Below the pieces are notes generated by a model. That model searched no databases, was not told where the DNA came from, and saw only the letters and a program-made list of their open reading frames with translations. From Octopus sinensis (taxonomy: Eukaryota), in the NCBI RefSeq assembly GCF_006345805.1, contig NC_043026.1, positions 9,920,001-9,984,000 on the forward strand: a DNA stretch of 64,000 nucleotides. The letters run 5' to 3'. The position numbers were made by a program, and so were the translations under genes. Position 1 is the stretch's first letter. Every line of letters begins with the position of its first letter. This document shows positions 53,290 to 64,000 of the stretch, piece by piece.

Positions 53290-54800
53290 CAGACCAGTGC
53301 CGCCCCGACTGGCCTCCGTGCCGGTGACACGTAAAGTAAAATGCACCATCCGATTGTGGCCGTTTGCCAACCTCGTCTGGCCCCATGCCGGTGGCACGTA
53401 AAAAGCACCATCCGATTGTGACTGTTTGCTAGCCTCGTCTGGCCCCATGCCGGTGGCACGTAAAAAGCACCATTCGATTGTGGCCGTTTGCCAGCCTTGT
53501 CTGGCCCCATGCCGGTGGCACGTAAAAAGCACCATCCGATTGTGGCTGTTTGCCAGCCTCGTCTGGACCCATGCCGGTGGCACATAAAAAGCACCATCCG
53601 ATTGTGGCCGTTTGCCAGCCTCGTCTGGACCCATGCCGGTGGCACATAAAAAGCACCATCCGATTGTGGCCGTTTGCCAGCCTCGTCTGGACCCATGCCG
53701 GTGGCACATAAAAAGCACCATCCGATTGTGGCCGTTTGCCAGCCTTGTCTGGCCCCATGCCGGTGGCACGTAAAAAGCACCATCCGATTGTGGCCGTTTG
53801 CCAGCCTTGTCTGGCCCCATGCCGGTGGCACGTAAAAAGCACCATCCGATTGTGGCCGTTTGCCAGCCTTGTCTGGCCCCATGCCGGTGGCACATAAAAA
53901 GCACCATCCGATTGTGGCCGTTTGCCAGCCTTGTCTGGCCCCATGCCGGTGGCACGTAAAAAGCACCATCCGATTGTGGCCGTTTGCCAGCCTTGTCTGG
54001 CCCCATGCCGGTGGCACGTAAAAAGCACCATCCGATTGTGGCCGTTTGCCAGCCTTGTCTGGCCCCATGCCGGTGGCACGTAAAAAGCACCATCCGATTG
54101 TGGCCGTTTGCCAGCCTTGTCTGGCCCCATGCCGGTGGCACGTAAAAAGCACCATCCGATTGTGACTGTTTGCCAGCCTCGTCTGGCCCCATGCCGGTGG
54201 CACGTAAAAAGCACCATCCGATTGTGGCTGTTTGCTAGCCTCGTCTGGCCCCATGCCGGTGGCACATAAAAAGCACCATCCGATTGTGACTGTTTGCTAG
54301 CCTCGTCTGGCCCCATGCCGGTGGCACATAAAAAGCACCATCCGATTGTGGCTGTTTGCTAGCCTCGTCTGGCCCCATGCCGGTGGCACATAAAAAGCAC
54401 CATCCGATTGTGGCTGTCTGCCAGCCTTGTCTGGCCCCATGCCGGTGGCACATAAAAAGCACCATCCGATTGTGGCTGTCTGCCAGCCTCGCCTGGCCCC
54501 TGTGCCGGTGGCACGTAAAAAGCACCATCCGATTGTGGCCATTTGCCAGCCTCGCCTGGCACCTGTGCAGGTGGCATGTAAAAAGCACCATCTGTCCGTG
54601 GCCGTTTGCCAGCCCCATCTGGCACGTAAATGCACCCACTACACTCATGGAGTGGTTGGCGTTAGGAAGGGCATCCAGCTGTAGAAACACTGCATGATCA
54701 GACTCGGCCTGGCGTAGCCTTCGGGCTTCCCAGACCCCAGTTGAACCGTCCAACCCATGCCAGCATGGAAAACAGACGTTAAACGATGATGATGATGATT
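53290..54800 (+). mobile_element. RTE-tail-like retroposon with an expanded 62-bp VNTR (~20 units)
   Basis: Unit AAAAAGCACCATCCGATTGTGGCCGTTTGCCAGCCTTGTCTGGCCCCATGCCGGTGGCACGT; 3' end GGTTGGCGTTAGGAAGGGCATCC...AAACG(ATG)n. Confidence 0.88.
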
Positions 54801-54959
54801 AGGTCACCGTAATTCATTCATCGACAAAAAGAAAAAAACATTTTCCAATAATTCCAGTTTCCTCCACCCGATTTTTCCGAAGAAAAGTAAGTGGTTTGCA
54901 GCATATTAGGCATCCGTGATGTATGTCGTTTAAAAGGTATTTATATACAATTTCATTAA

Positions 54960-55845
54960 AAAATATCCATTTCCCTCAAAGTTATGAAGGAAAAACTCAG
55001 ATCTTGTGAATTTTCCGAAGCCTTCTCCCCCATCCTGTTGCTTTCCACACATTTTTGATTTCAGATTCGTTTCCTCCGTGGGGGTGAAGTAGAAAGATAT
55101 CCATTTTCCTCACAGTTACGAGGGGAAAACATCGGATCTTGTGAATTTTCCGAAGCCCTCTCCCCCATCCTGTTGCTTTCCGCACATTTTTGATTTCAGA
55201 TTCGTTTCCTCCGTGGGGGTGAAGTAGAAAGATATCCATTTTCCTCACAGTTACAAGGGGAAAACATCAGATCTTGTGAATTTTCCGAAGCCTTCTCCCC
55301 CATCCTGTTGCTTTCCGCACATTTTTGATTTCAGATTCGTTTCCTCCGTGGGGGTGAAGTAGAAAGATATCCATTTTCCTCAGTTACGAGGGGAAAACAT
55401 CGGATCTTGTGAATTTTCCGAAGCCCTCTCCCCCACCCTGTTGCTTTCTGCACATTTTTGATTTCAGATTCGTTTCCTCCGTGGGGGTGAAGTAGAAAGA
55501 TATCCATTTTCCTCACAGTTACGAGGGGAAAACATCGGATCTTGTGAATTTTCCGAAGCCTTCTCCCCCATCCTGTTGCTTTCCGCACATTTTTGATTTC
55601 AGATTCGTTTCCTCCGTGGGGGTGAAGTAGAAAGATATCCATTTTCCTCACAGTTATGAGGGGAAAACATCGGATCTTGTGAATTTTCCGAAGCCTTCTC
55701 CCCCATCCTGTTGCTTTCCGCACATTTTTGATTTCAGATTCGTTTCCTCCGTGGGGGTGAAGTAGAAAGATATCCATTTTCCTCACAGTTACAAAGGGAA
55801 AACATCGGATCTTGTGAATTTTCCTTAGTCCTCTCCCCACCTCCT
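54960..55845. repeat. 135-bp tandem repeat, ~6.5 copies
   Basis: GATATCCATT at ~55096, 55231, 55366, 55499, 55634, 55769. Confidence 0.95.
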
Positions 55846-56074
55846 CGGAAAGAGGGGACTTTGCACCATCCGCAGATTTGGTCAGTAGCCTTCAACAGGT
55901 CAACCTGAAAGAACCTCCATATTATGTGATGCTATATCCTCCCCTTTCTCATCAAAAGCTTCAAGTAATGTCTCTAAATCTCTGTCCATTCAGACAATCC
56001 CTAAGCTTCTAGACCCTTCTTTTCCATGTTGGCCGTCTTCTGGGTGGCCATTTAGCCCTGATCCTGAAGTCGCT

Positions 56075-56300
56075 AACTCTTTACTCTTTTTACTTGTTTC
56101 AGTCATTTGACTGCGGCCATGCTGGAGCACCGCCTTTAGTCGAGCAAATCGACCCCGGGACATATTCTTTGTAAGCCCAGTACTTATTCTATCAGTCTCT
56201 TTTGCCGAACCGCAAAGTGACGGGGACGTAAACACACCACCATCGGTTGTCAAGCAATGCTAGGGGGACAAACACAGACACACAAACATATACACACACA

Positions 56301-56338
<38 letters not shown>

Positions 56339-56507
56339 CATATATACGACGGGCTTCTTTCAGTTTGTCTACCAAATCCACTCACAAAGCATTGGTTGGC
56401 CCGGGGCTATAGCAGAAGACACTTGCCCAAGGTGCCACGCAGTGGGACTGAACCCGGAATCATGTGGTTGGTTAGCAAGCTACTTACCACATAGCCACAC
56501 CTGCGCT
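56075..56507 (-). mobile_element. SINE-A
   Basis: Reverse-complement copy with (TA)n middle. Confidence 0.88.
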
Positions 56508-56519
56508 TAACTACTAACC

Positions 56520-57600
56520 TATGTTGTGGGGTGCATTCGTCACTTGAGAAAGTTTTGGCATTAATAAGTAGCCAACATTCCTGTTTCCTGGTGAGAATGT
56601 TGTCAATCTGACTAGTGTACCCACCAGACTGGTGGGGGAACAGGTGACTGGTAGGTTTCACACAACTTCAGCAGCCTAGTTCCCTCCTCATTGCTGGAAC
56701 CAAGTCTATAGCCACCACGTACACCATGGAGACTCCCTGGATGTTGTCCAACATGTCCATTGAAGTCGCCAACCACAAAGAGAAGGCCCGTCATTCGTCG
56801 ACAAGGAGTGGCTGTGTGGTAAGTAGCTTGCTTACCAACCACATGGTTCCAGGTTCAGTCCCACTGCGTGGCACCTTGGGCAAGTGTCTTCTGCTGTATT
56901 CCCGGGCCGACCAATGCGTTGTGAGTGGATTTGGTAGACGGAAACTGAAAGAAGCCTGTTGTGTATATGTATTTGTGTGTGTGTTTGTGTGTCTGTGTTT
57001 GTCCCCCTAGCATTGCTTGACAACCGATGCTGGTGTGTTTATGTCCCCGTTACTTAGCGGTTCGGCAAAAGAGACCGATAGAATAAGTACTGGGCTTACA
57101 AAGAATAAGTCCCGGGGTCGATTTGCTCGACTAAAGGCGGTGCTCCAGCATGGCAGCAGTCAAATGACTGAAACAAGTTAAAGAGTAAAGGTAGTCTGCA
57201 AGGTGTCATAAAATCGATTTTTCTGTTCATCAGGGGAGACCTGGCTGAGGGGCTGAAGCCAAGATATGGCTGCTAATCTAAGCTGAAGTACTCTATTACA
57301 GACTCTGACTGCCTCAATTACCTTATCAACCCATTTCTCCGCAAGAAGCATACCCACGCCCCTAACCCCATCAGTGTTCCCTACCCAGAAAACCTTATAC
57401 CTATGATCTTTGCCTGTGAGGAACCTAGCAGAACTTCCTCTCCACCTTATTTCCTGGATGCAGCACAAATCTACACATGTCCGTTCAAGCATCTCAACAC
57501 CTATCTTTCAATGTGCCAACTCTGAGGGTGCGGGCCAGCAAGACCCTGGGATGGGAGACAGCAGCATTTATGCATCTGAAAAGAAATCTTGCATTTGGCA
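56520..57600 (-). mobile_element. LINE apurinic-endonuclease relic (RTE-type), interrupted by SINE-A at ~56800-57185
   Basis: VDLCCIQEIRWRG...GVGMLL and VVGDFNGHVG motifs (ORFs 57178..57492, 56612..56842). Confidence 0.8.
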
Positions 57601-57639
57601 GATCTCATAAACATACACAGACTTCAACCTGCATGTATT

Positions 57640-58130
57640 CATCATCATCATCATCATCGTTTAGCGTCCGTTTTCCATGCTAGCATGGGTTGGACGGTTC
57701 TACTGGGGTCTGTGAAGCCAGAAGGCTGCACCAGGCCCAGTCTGATCTGGCAGTGTTTCTGCAGCTGGATGGCCTTCCTAACGCCAACCACTCCGTGAGT
57801 GTAGTGGGTGCTTTTTACGTGCCACCCGCGCAGGTGCCAGACAGAGCTGGCAAACGGCCACAAACGGATGGTGCTTTTTATGTGCCACCGGCACGGGGGC
57901 CAGGCGAGGCTGGCAAACGGCCACGAACGGATGGTGCTTTTTACGTGCTACCGGCACGGGGGCCAGGCGAGGCTGGCAAACGGCCACGAACGGATGGTGC
58001 TTTTTACGTGCCACCGGCACGAGGCCAGTCGGGGCGGCACTGGCAACGGTCACGAAAGGGAAGGTTCTCTTACATGCCACCGGCACTGGTAACACATCTG
58101 CAATTTCCATTGATCGATTTCGATTCTGTA
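57640..58130 (-). mobile_element. RTE-tail-like retroposon with ~4 VNTR units
   Basis: (CAT)n-CGTTTAGCGTCC...; reverse complement of the 53.3-54.8 kb family. Confidence 0.82.
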
Positions 58131-58514
58131 CCATCATTTTATTGGCTTCATAATCACTACAGTCAATAGGATAGACACTAGGTAGGGAAGGGAGGTATTC
58201 TGTATGGTAAGCCGTCGAAGGTGCTCAGGAAAAGGACATCCGGTAGAGGTCAGAGGAGACTTCGGGGAAAAGTGGAAACATTTTGACTATAGTGCTTGAA
58301 CAATAAGCATTGGTTACGATAACTTCCTGGACAATCTTATTAATTCAATGGTGATAAGACTGTATCCTAATACACCCCATATTTTGTGCACTTGAGAAGC
58401 AATTCCTGATGGATAAGGGGCCTTCAGAGACTTTGTATTAACTGCTGCCAACAAGAATGGCTGGACCTTCACATGGTGTATAGAGGTCCTTACACCATGG
58501 AAAAAAAGGTGAAA

Positions 58515-59055
58515 CTTCATCATCATCATCATTTAGCGTCCGCTTTCCATGCTAGCATGGGTAGGACGGGTCAACTGGGGTCCGTGAAGCTGGAAGGCTT
58601 CGTCAGGCCCAGTCAGATCTGGCAGTGGTTCTACGGCTGGATGCCCTTCCTAACGCCAACCACTCCGCGAGTGTAGTGGGTGTTTTTTACATGCCACCTG
58701 CACAGGTGCCAGACAAGGCTGGCAAACGGCCACGAACGGACGGTGCTTTTACGTGTCACCGCCACGGGGCCAGACGAGGCTGGCAACGGACACGAACGGA
58801 TGGTGCTTTTACGTGCCACCAACACAGGGCCAGACAGAGCTGGCTAACGGCCACAAATGGACGGTGCTTTTACGTGTCACCGGCACGGGGGCCAGACGAG
58901 GCTGGCAACGGACACGAACGGATGGTGCTTTTACGTGCCACCGACACGGGGCCAGACAGAGCTGGCAAACGGCCACGAACGGACGGTGCTTTTACGTGTC
59001 ACCGGCACGGGGGCCAGCGGAGGCTGGCAATGAACACGAACGGATGGTGCTTTGA
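58515..59055 (-). mobile_element. RTE-tail-like retroposon with ~6-7 VNTR units, in ZNF7 3' flank
   Basis: (CAT)n-TTAGCGTCC...GGATGCCCTTCCTAACGCCAACC plus ~60-bp units. Confidence 0.82.
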
Positions 59056-59159
59056 AACTTATAAAGAACAAAACAAAAAAAATCTAAAAGTCTTGGAAAC
59101 ACTTTAATTTCAATTGCATAAATCAAAGGAATATTAAAAATATATTGCAAAACAAGAAA

Positions 59160-60578
59160 CTACATTTTCCCTTTCTTCCCTGTATGAATATATTTATGTT
59201 TTGGTAAGTACCAACTCTGAGCGAATGATTTACCACAGATATCACAGTGATACGGTTTTTCTCCTGTATGACTACGTCTGTGCTTTGCTAAGCCACCATT
59301 GTCAGCAAATGATTTACTACAAATATCACAGTGATATGGTTTTTCTCCTGTATGAATAGATTTGTGTCTAGTCAAAGTACCACTTTCAGAGAATGATTTA
59401 CCACAGATATCACAGTGATATGGTTTCTCTCCTGTATGAATACGTCTGTGTCTAGTTAATGTACTACTTTCAGAAAATGATTTACCACAGATCTCACAGC
59501 GATACAGTTTCTCTCCCAAATGAACAGATTTGTGTCTAGTCAAAGTACCGCTTTCAGAGAATGATTTACCACAGATATCACAATGATATGGCTTCTCTCC
59601 CGTATGAATACGTCTGTGTCTTGTTAATGCACAACCTTCAGAGAATGATTTACCACAGATATTACATTTAAACAGCTTATCTTCCACATGAACAGATTTG
59701 TGTCTAGTCAAAGTACCACTTTCAGAGAATGATTTACCACAGATATCACAATGATACGGTTTCTCTCCTGTATGAATACGTCTGTGTCTAAATAATGTAC
59801 GACTTTCAGAGAATGATTTACCACAAATATCACAGTCATATGGTCTTTCTGCTGTATGAACAGATTTGTGTCTAATTAATGTACTACTTACAGGGAATGA
59901 TTTACCACAGATATCACAATGATATGGTTTCTCCCCTGTGTGAATACGCTTATGTTTTGTTAATGTATTACTTTGAGAGAATGATTTACCACAGATATCA
60001 CAATTATATGGTTTCTCTCCTGTATGAATATGTTTGTGTTTCTTTAAGTTACCATTTTGGGAGAATGATTTACCACAGATATCACAATGATAAGGTTTCT
60101 CACCTGTATGAATATATTTGTGTTCTGTTAATTTACTATTTTGAGGGAATGATTTACCACAGATATCACATCTATATTGTGCCTCACCTGTATGAATAAG
60201 TTTGTGTTTAGTTAAGTGACTACTATTAGAGAAGGATTTACCACAGACGTCACAGTGATATGGCTTCTCTCCTGTATGGATACGTTCATGTGTAGTTAAG
60301 GTACTACTATGAGAGAATGATTCACCACAGATCTCACAACGATAAGGTCTCTCTCCTGTATGAGTACGTGCATGTGTAGTTAAGCTACTATTCTGAGAGA
60401 ACGATTTACCACAGACATCACAATGGTATGGCTTCTCTCCTGTGTGAATACGTTTGTGAGTAAATAGGTTGCTTCTTTGAAGAAAGGACTTTGTACAGAT
60501 ATCACAGTCGTATGACCTCCTCTGTTTTATCATGGGTTCAGGTGAAACCAATTGCATATTTTTCTCGCTCTTTTCCAT
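59160..60578 (-). CDS. ZNF7: C2H2 zinc-finger protein, 16 fingers
   Basis: ORF 59160..60593; first ATG at 60578 (MEKSEKNMQLVSPEP); acceptor TTTCAG|AACATC on - at 60997; exon 1 not found in window. Confidence 0.93.
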   Translation of the reverse strand: MEKSEKNMQLVSPEPMIKQRRSYDCDICTKSFLQRSNLFTHKRIHTGEKPYHCDVCGKSFSQNSSLTTHARTHTGERPYRCEICGESFSHSSTLTTHERIHTGEKPYHCDVCGKSFSNSSHLTKHKLIHTGEAQYRCDICGKSFPQNSKLTEHKYIHTGEKPYHCDICGKSFSQNGNLKKHKHIHTGEKPYNCDICGKSFSQSNTLTKHKRIHTGEKPYHCDICGKSFPVSSTLIRHKSVHTAERPYDCDICGKSFSESRTLFRHRRIHTGEKPYHCDICGKSFSESGTLTRHKSVHVEDKLFKCNICGKSFSEGCALTRHRRIHTGEKPYHCDICGKSFSESGTLTRHKSVHLGEKLYRCEICGKSFSESSTLTRHRRIHTGEKPYHCDICGKSFSESGTLTRHKSIHTGEKPYHCDICSKSFADNGGLAKHRRSHTGEKPYHCDICGKSFAQSWYLPKHKYIHTGKKGKM

Positions 60579-61339
60579 TACTCTTCCTCTCAAATACCAA
60601 AATTTATATATTCTTGCTTTTGTTTTTATATACTGCTGTATTTCTGTCGAGTGTTACCCTCTTGACACTCCAGTCATTGGTGTTCAGAAATTTTGCTAAT
60701 AATATTATTTCGGAGCAAATGTTTCACAGATTTGTAGAAATAATGCTATACATCTGTTTCGCGTAATATTTCTTTTAGTCTTTAAAACATGGTAGATATT
60801 GACAATGGTTCTTCTTTTACATCGATGCTCTCTGATGTTCTGAAATTTATTTCAGAGCAAATATTTCACAGGAATTCTATCACTGATGTGTAGAAACAAT
60901 CTGATACATATGTTTCGTATAATAGTTTCCTTTAGTCTTTAAAATATAGTAGATATTGAGGATGTTTCTTCTGATATGTCAATGTCATTTGATGTTCTGA
61001 AATTATAGAGAAACAACAGTGTAAGATGTCGAGGATACTTAAAACATACAGATTCATTTCTATTGAAATAAATGATAGAAATAAACATTTTCCCTAACAT
61101 CTGAGCTGGATTCTGACAGCTCCATCAAGAAGTGCCGATCTCCCAAAGTAGATGGAACACGTGAAAGTGAGATGCCTAGAAAGACATGGTATGAATTGCT
61201 GAAGAGCGATGCTGAACCATTCATGTGATATGACAATGGACCAAGATGTCTGGCACCCAAGAAGACCCACACTCCATTATAGAAGTGTTAAGACTTGTCC
61301 CTCTGGTGGCAAAAAGCAGTTGTGTCTGTTCCTCATAAT

Positions 61340-61815
61340 AATAATGAAATTATTGTATACAGTGCTCAGGTGCACCACAACTTGTCAGAAAGTGCATATA
61401 AAGTACATGCAGCAATGTAGAAATGTCTGGAAAGCGAACAATGTATGAGTCAGATACATGCTTGTGTGTGTATGGAGGGGAGAAAATCAGGTGTAGTGTT
61501 GGCGAATCTCAGGAAGCATGGAAGTTTTGAAGGATGCTGTGCTCCGACAACTAACAACCGATGCCGGCAGTTTGTTCCATGCTTCAGCAACTCTCAGTGT
61601 GAAAAAATGTTTCCTGAAGTCATGGGAGCTGTGCTGTTTTCTGACTTTGTAAATATGTCCACAGGTGTTAGATGGGTGGAGTTTGAAAAGGTGCTCAGAG
61701 TTATTGTTTGTGCGATGGTTGATAATTTTATGGGTGTCTGCCAGGTCAGCTGCCAGACGTCGGAGTTTCAATGTGTCCATGCCCAGGGAAGTAAGGCGTT
61801 CATAAAAGCATCTGT
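61340..61815 (-). mobile_element. CR1/L2-like LINE 3' end
   Basis: ORF 61487..61897 LKLRRLAADL...GHIYKVRKQ...RKHFFTLRVAEAWNKLP; (ATT)n tail. Confidence 0.85.
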
Positions 61816-61819
61816 GTAG

Positions 61820-62040
61820 TATCATGTAAAAGCACTTCCACATTAAGGTATGTGCGTTTCCATGTAAAAGTGCATGTGCAATGCCACATAAAAGCACCCT
61901 TCACACATTGTGAAGGGTTTGGCACTGGGAAGGGCATCCAACGGTAAAAACCATAAGAAATTAGACTGGAGTCTGCTGCAGCTCCCCAGCTAGGGTCAAA
62001 CCAGCCAAGCATGTACATCAGGCGCTAAATGATGATGATG
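61820..62040 (+). mobile_element. RTE-tail-like retroposon fragment (older subfamily also found in ZNF introns)
   Basis: GGAAGGGCATCCAACGG...TAAAT(GAT)n. Confidence 0.7.
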
Positions 62041-62252
62041 CACTAAATTAAGCATATAAATTTATTAAAATTTATATCACAAAATCTTGTGTGAAGCTGA
62101 CATCTTTGTAAACTACACTGACCCCTCCACATTGTGTAACAGTTTTAAAATAAAACTACAGAATAGGGGACGCAAACATTAGTCTTTCGCCAGAAATAGA
62201 ACTTGACACTTGCACGATTTTCATTAAGAAAAGAAAAAAAAAAAACTCGGAT

Positions 62253-62712
62253 TTTTTGCGTGGCATCAAGTACCCTGACCCTCTAACATGCTGCAAGCTC
62301 CTTAGGATCTTTTCACTTTGTCCGGCAGATTTAGAAAAATAATTTCCACGAAACTAAACACTTTTAAACTTCGTATACTGGTAGAATGTCTCACATAAAA
62401 CATCTTTTTCTCTTGGCGTTCTTGAGAAAATTCTAACAGCAGTAATTGTATTCACCTCAATAGACGTCATTGATTGGTTGAAATTGCCGAAATACGAGAA
62501 ATTAAACAAGAAATAGCTTACAAACTACAGAATTTTCTCAAGAACGCCAAGAGAAAAAGATGTTTTATGTGATACATTCTACCAGTATACTAAGTTTAAA
62601 AGTGTTTAGTTACAAAGAAATTATTTTTCTAAATCTGCCGGTCAAAGCGAAAAGATTCTAAATGAGCTTGCAGCATATTAGGAGGTCAGGGTACTTGATG
62701 CCACGAAAAAAA
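62253..62712. mobile_element. Foldback MITE-like element (~180-bp inverted arms, ~95-bp spacer)
   Basis: GCGTGGCATCAAGTACCCTGACC...GAAAATTCT versus AGAATTTTC...GGTCAGGGTACTTGATGCCACG. Confidence 0.88.
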
Positions 62713-62890
62713 AAACTTCATGCAAGTGAAAAGATCAAAATTTGCTAGTGTTTCACCCCACTCAGTTTTCTCGATCAAAAAAGAGGTTTCGTTGCATGTT
62801 AGGAGATCACCGTAATTCATTCAACAAAAAACTTGCCAAGATTTACCGAAATTACTAGTAGAGTGGGCACACATCGCTATTTATTCAAAG

Positions 62891-63840
62891 GGTGACGAGC
62901 TGGCAGAATCCTTAGCACGCCGGGCGAAATGCTTAGCGGTATTTCGTCTGCCGTTAAATTCTGAGTTCAAATTGCGCCGAGGTCATCTTTGCCTTTCATC
63001 CTTTCGGGGTCGATAAATTAAGTACCAGTTACGCACTGGAGGTCGATGTAGTCGACTTAATACCTATGTCTGTCCTTGTTTGTCCCCTCTGTGTTTAGCC
63101 CCTTGTGGGTAATAAAGAAATAGGTATTTCGTCTGCCGTTAAATTCTGAGTTCAAATTCCGCTGAGGTCGACTTTGCCTTTCATCCTTTCGGGGTCGATA
63201 AATTAAGTACCAGTTACGCACTGGGGTCGATGGAATCGACTTAATACCTATGTCTGTCCTTCTTTGTCCCATCTATGTTTAGCCCCTTGTGGGTAGTAAA
63301 GAAATAGGTATTTCGTCTGCCGTTAAATTCTGAGTTCAAATTCCGCCGAGGTCGACTTTGCCTTTCATCCTTTCGGGGTCGATAAATTAAGTACCAGTTA
63401 CGCACTGGGGTCGATGTAGTCGACTTAATACTTATGTTTGTCCCCACTATGTTTAGCCCCTTGTGGGTAATAAAGAAATAGGTATTTCGTTTGCCGTTAA
63501 ATTCTGAGTTCAAATTCCGCCGAGGTCGACATTGCCTTTCATCCTTTCGGGGTCGATAAATTAAGTACCAGTTACGCACTGGGGTCGATGTAGTCGACTT
63601 AATACCTATGTTTGTCCCCACTATGTTTAGCCCCTTGTGGGTAATAAAGAAATAGGTATTTCGTTTGCCGTTAAATTCTGAGTTCAAATTCCGCCGAGGT
63701 CGACTTTGCCTTTCATCCTTTCGGGGTCGATAAATTAAGTACCAGTTACGCACTGGGGTCGATGTAGTCGACTTAATACCTATGTCTGTCCTTCTTTGTC
63801 CCCTCTATGTTTAGCCCCTTGTGGGTAATATAGAAATAGG
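62891..63840 (+). repeat. SINE-B array (head plus 5 bodies) flanked by a 13-bp TSD
   Basis: TATTTATTCAAAG at 62878-62890 and 63841-63853; B-boxes at ~62964, 63148, 63332, 63506, 63680. Confidence 0.93.
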
Positions 63841-64000
63841 TATTTATTCAAAGACACAAAACGTTCGATAAATTATAACAGAGTATTGGTGTCTGGACAT
63901 TTCGGTGGTTGGAGAGTATTCCAGAATGATTCTTAAACGAAAAAAAAAAAAAAAAAAAAAACCAACTAACGTGTCAACGATCGGGAGTGTAGAGAGTAGG

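Noticed and set aside
53238-54753. Long ORFs (338, 309, 295 aa) on -
   Set aside because: They are read-through of a stop-poor 62-bp VNTR cycling through all three frames.
62400-62890. ZNF7 promoter next to the 62.9-kb SINE array, by analogy with other units
   Set aside because: No reverse-complement CGCATGCGCA motif or ACTTACGG donor was found; the array has its own TSD and looks like an independent insertion.
63057-63753. Recurrent MRNWYLIYRPRKDERQSRP ORFs (also 2468, 9361, 24008, 32659, 37002 and others)
   Set aside because: They are antisense translations of SINE-B starting at GTG, not genes.

Overview
AT-rich animal DNA, most likely octopus (coleoid cephalopod). This is inferred from the style of the zinc-finger genes and the SINEs, not from a database match. 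The window is part of a tandem C2H2 zinc-finger (ZNF) gene cluster with seven paralogues, numbered ZNF1-7 here: six on +, one on -. Four are full or near-full length, one lacks its normal start, and two are broken by frameshifts. Where the whole gene is visible, the ZNFs share one cassette: a divergent tRNA-SINE (4 of 5 promoter sites), a CGCATGCGCA (NRF1-like) motif, a short non-coding exon ending CC|GTAAGT, an intron, a TTTCAG|AACATC acceptor and one coding exon. The rest is dense in mobile DNA: three tRNA-SINE families (one forming head-plus-repeated-body arrays), RTE, L1/Tx1-like and CR1-like LINE fragments, hAT, mariner and Merlin transposase relics, MITEs, and 62-, 62/63- and 135-bp tandem arrays. 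The most striking observation is an intact, intronless effector-type caspase ORF (39034-39903). It lies in sense orientation inside the inferred 11-kb intron of ZNF6, in a block bracketed by duplicated hAT transposon ends, so it could share that gene's promoter and first exon. Exon structures are predicted from paralogue conservation only. Repeat boundaries were read by eye and are approximate to about 10-20 bp unless a TSD or TIR is quoted.
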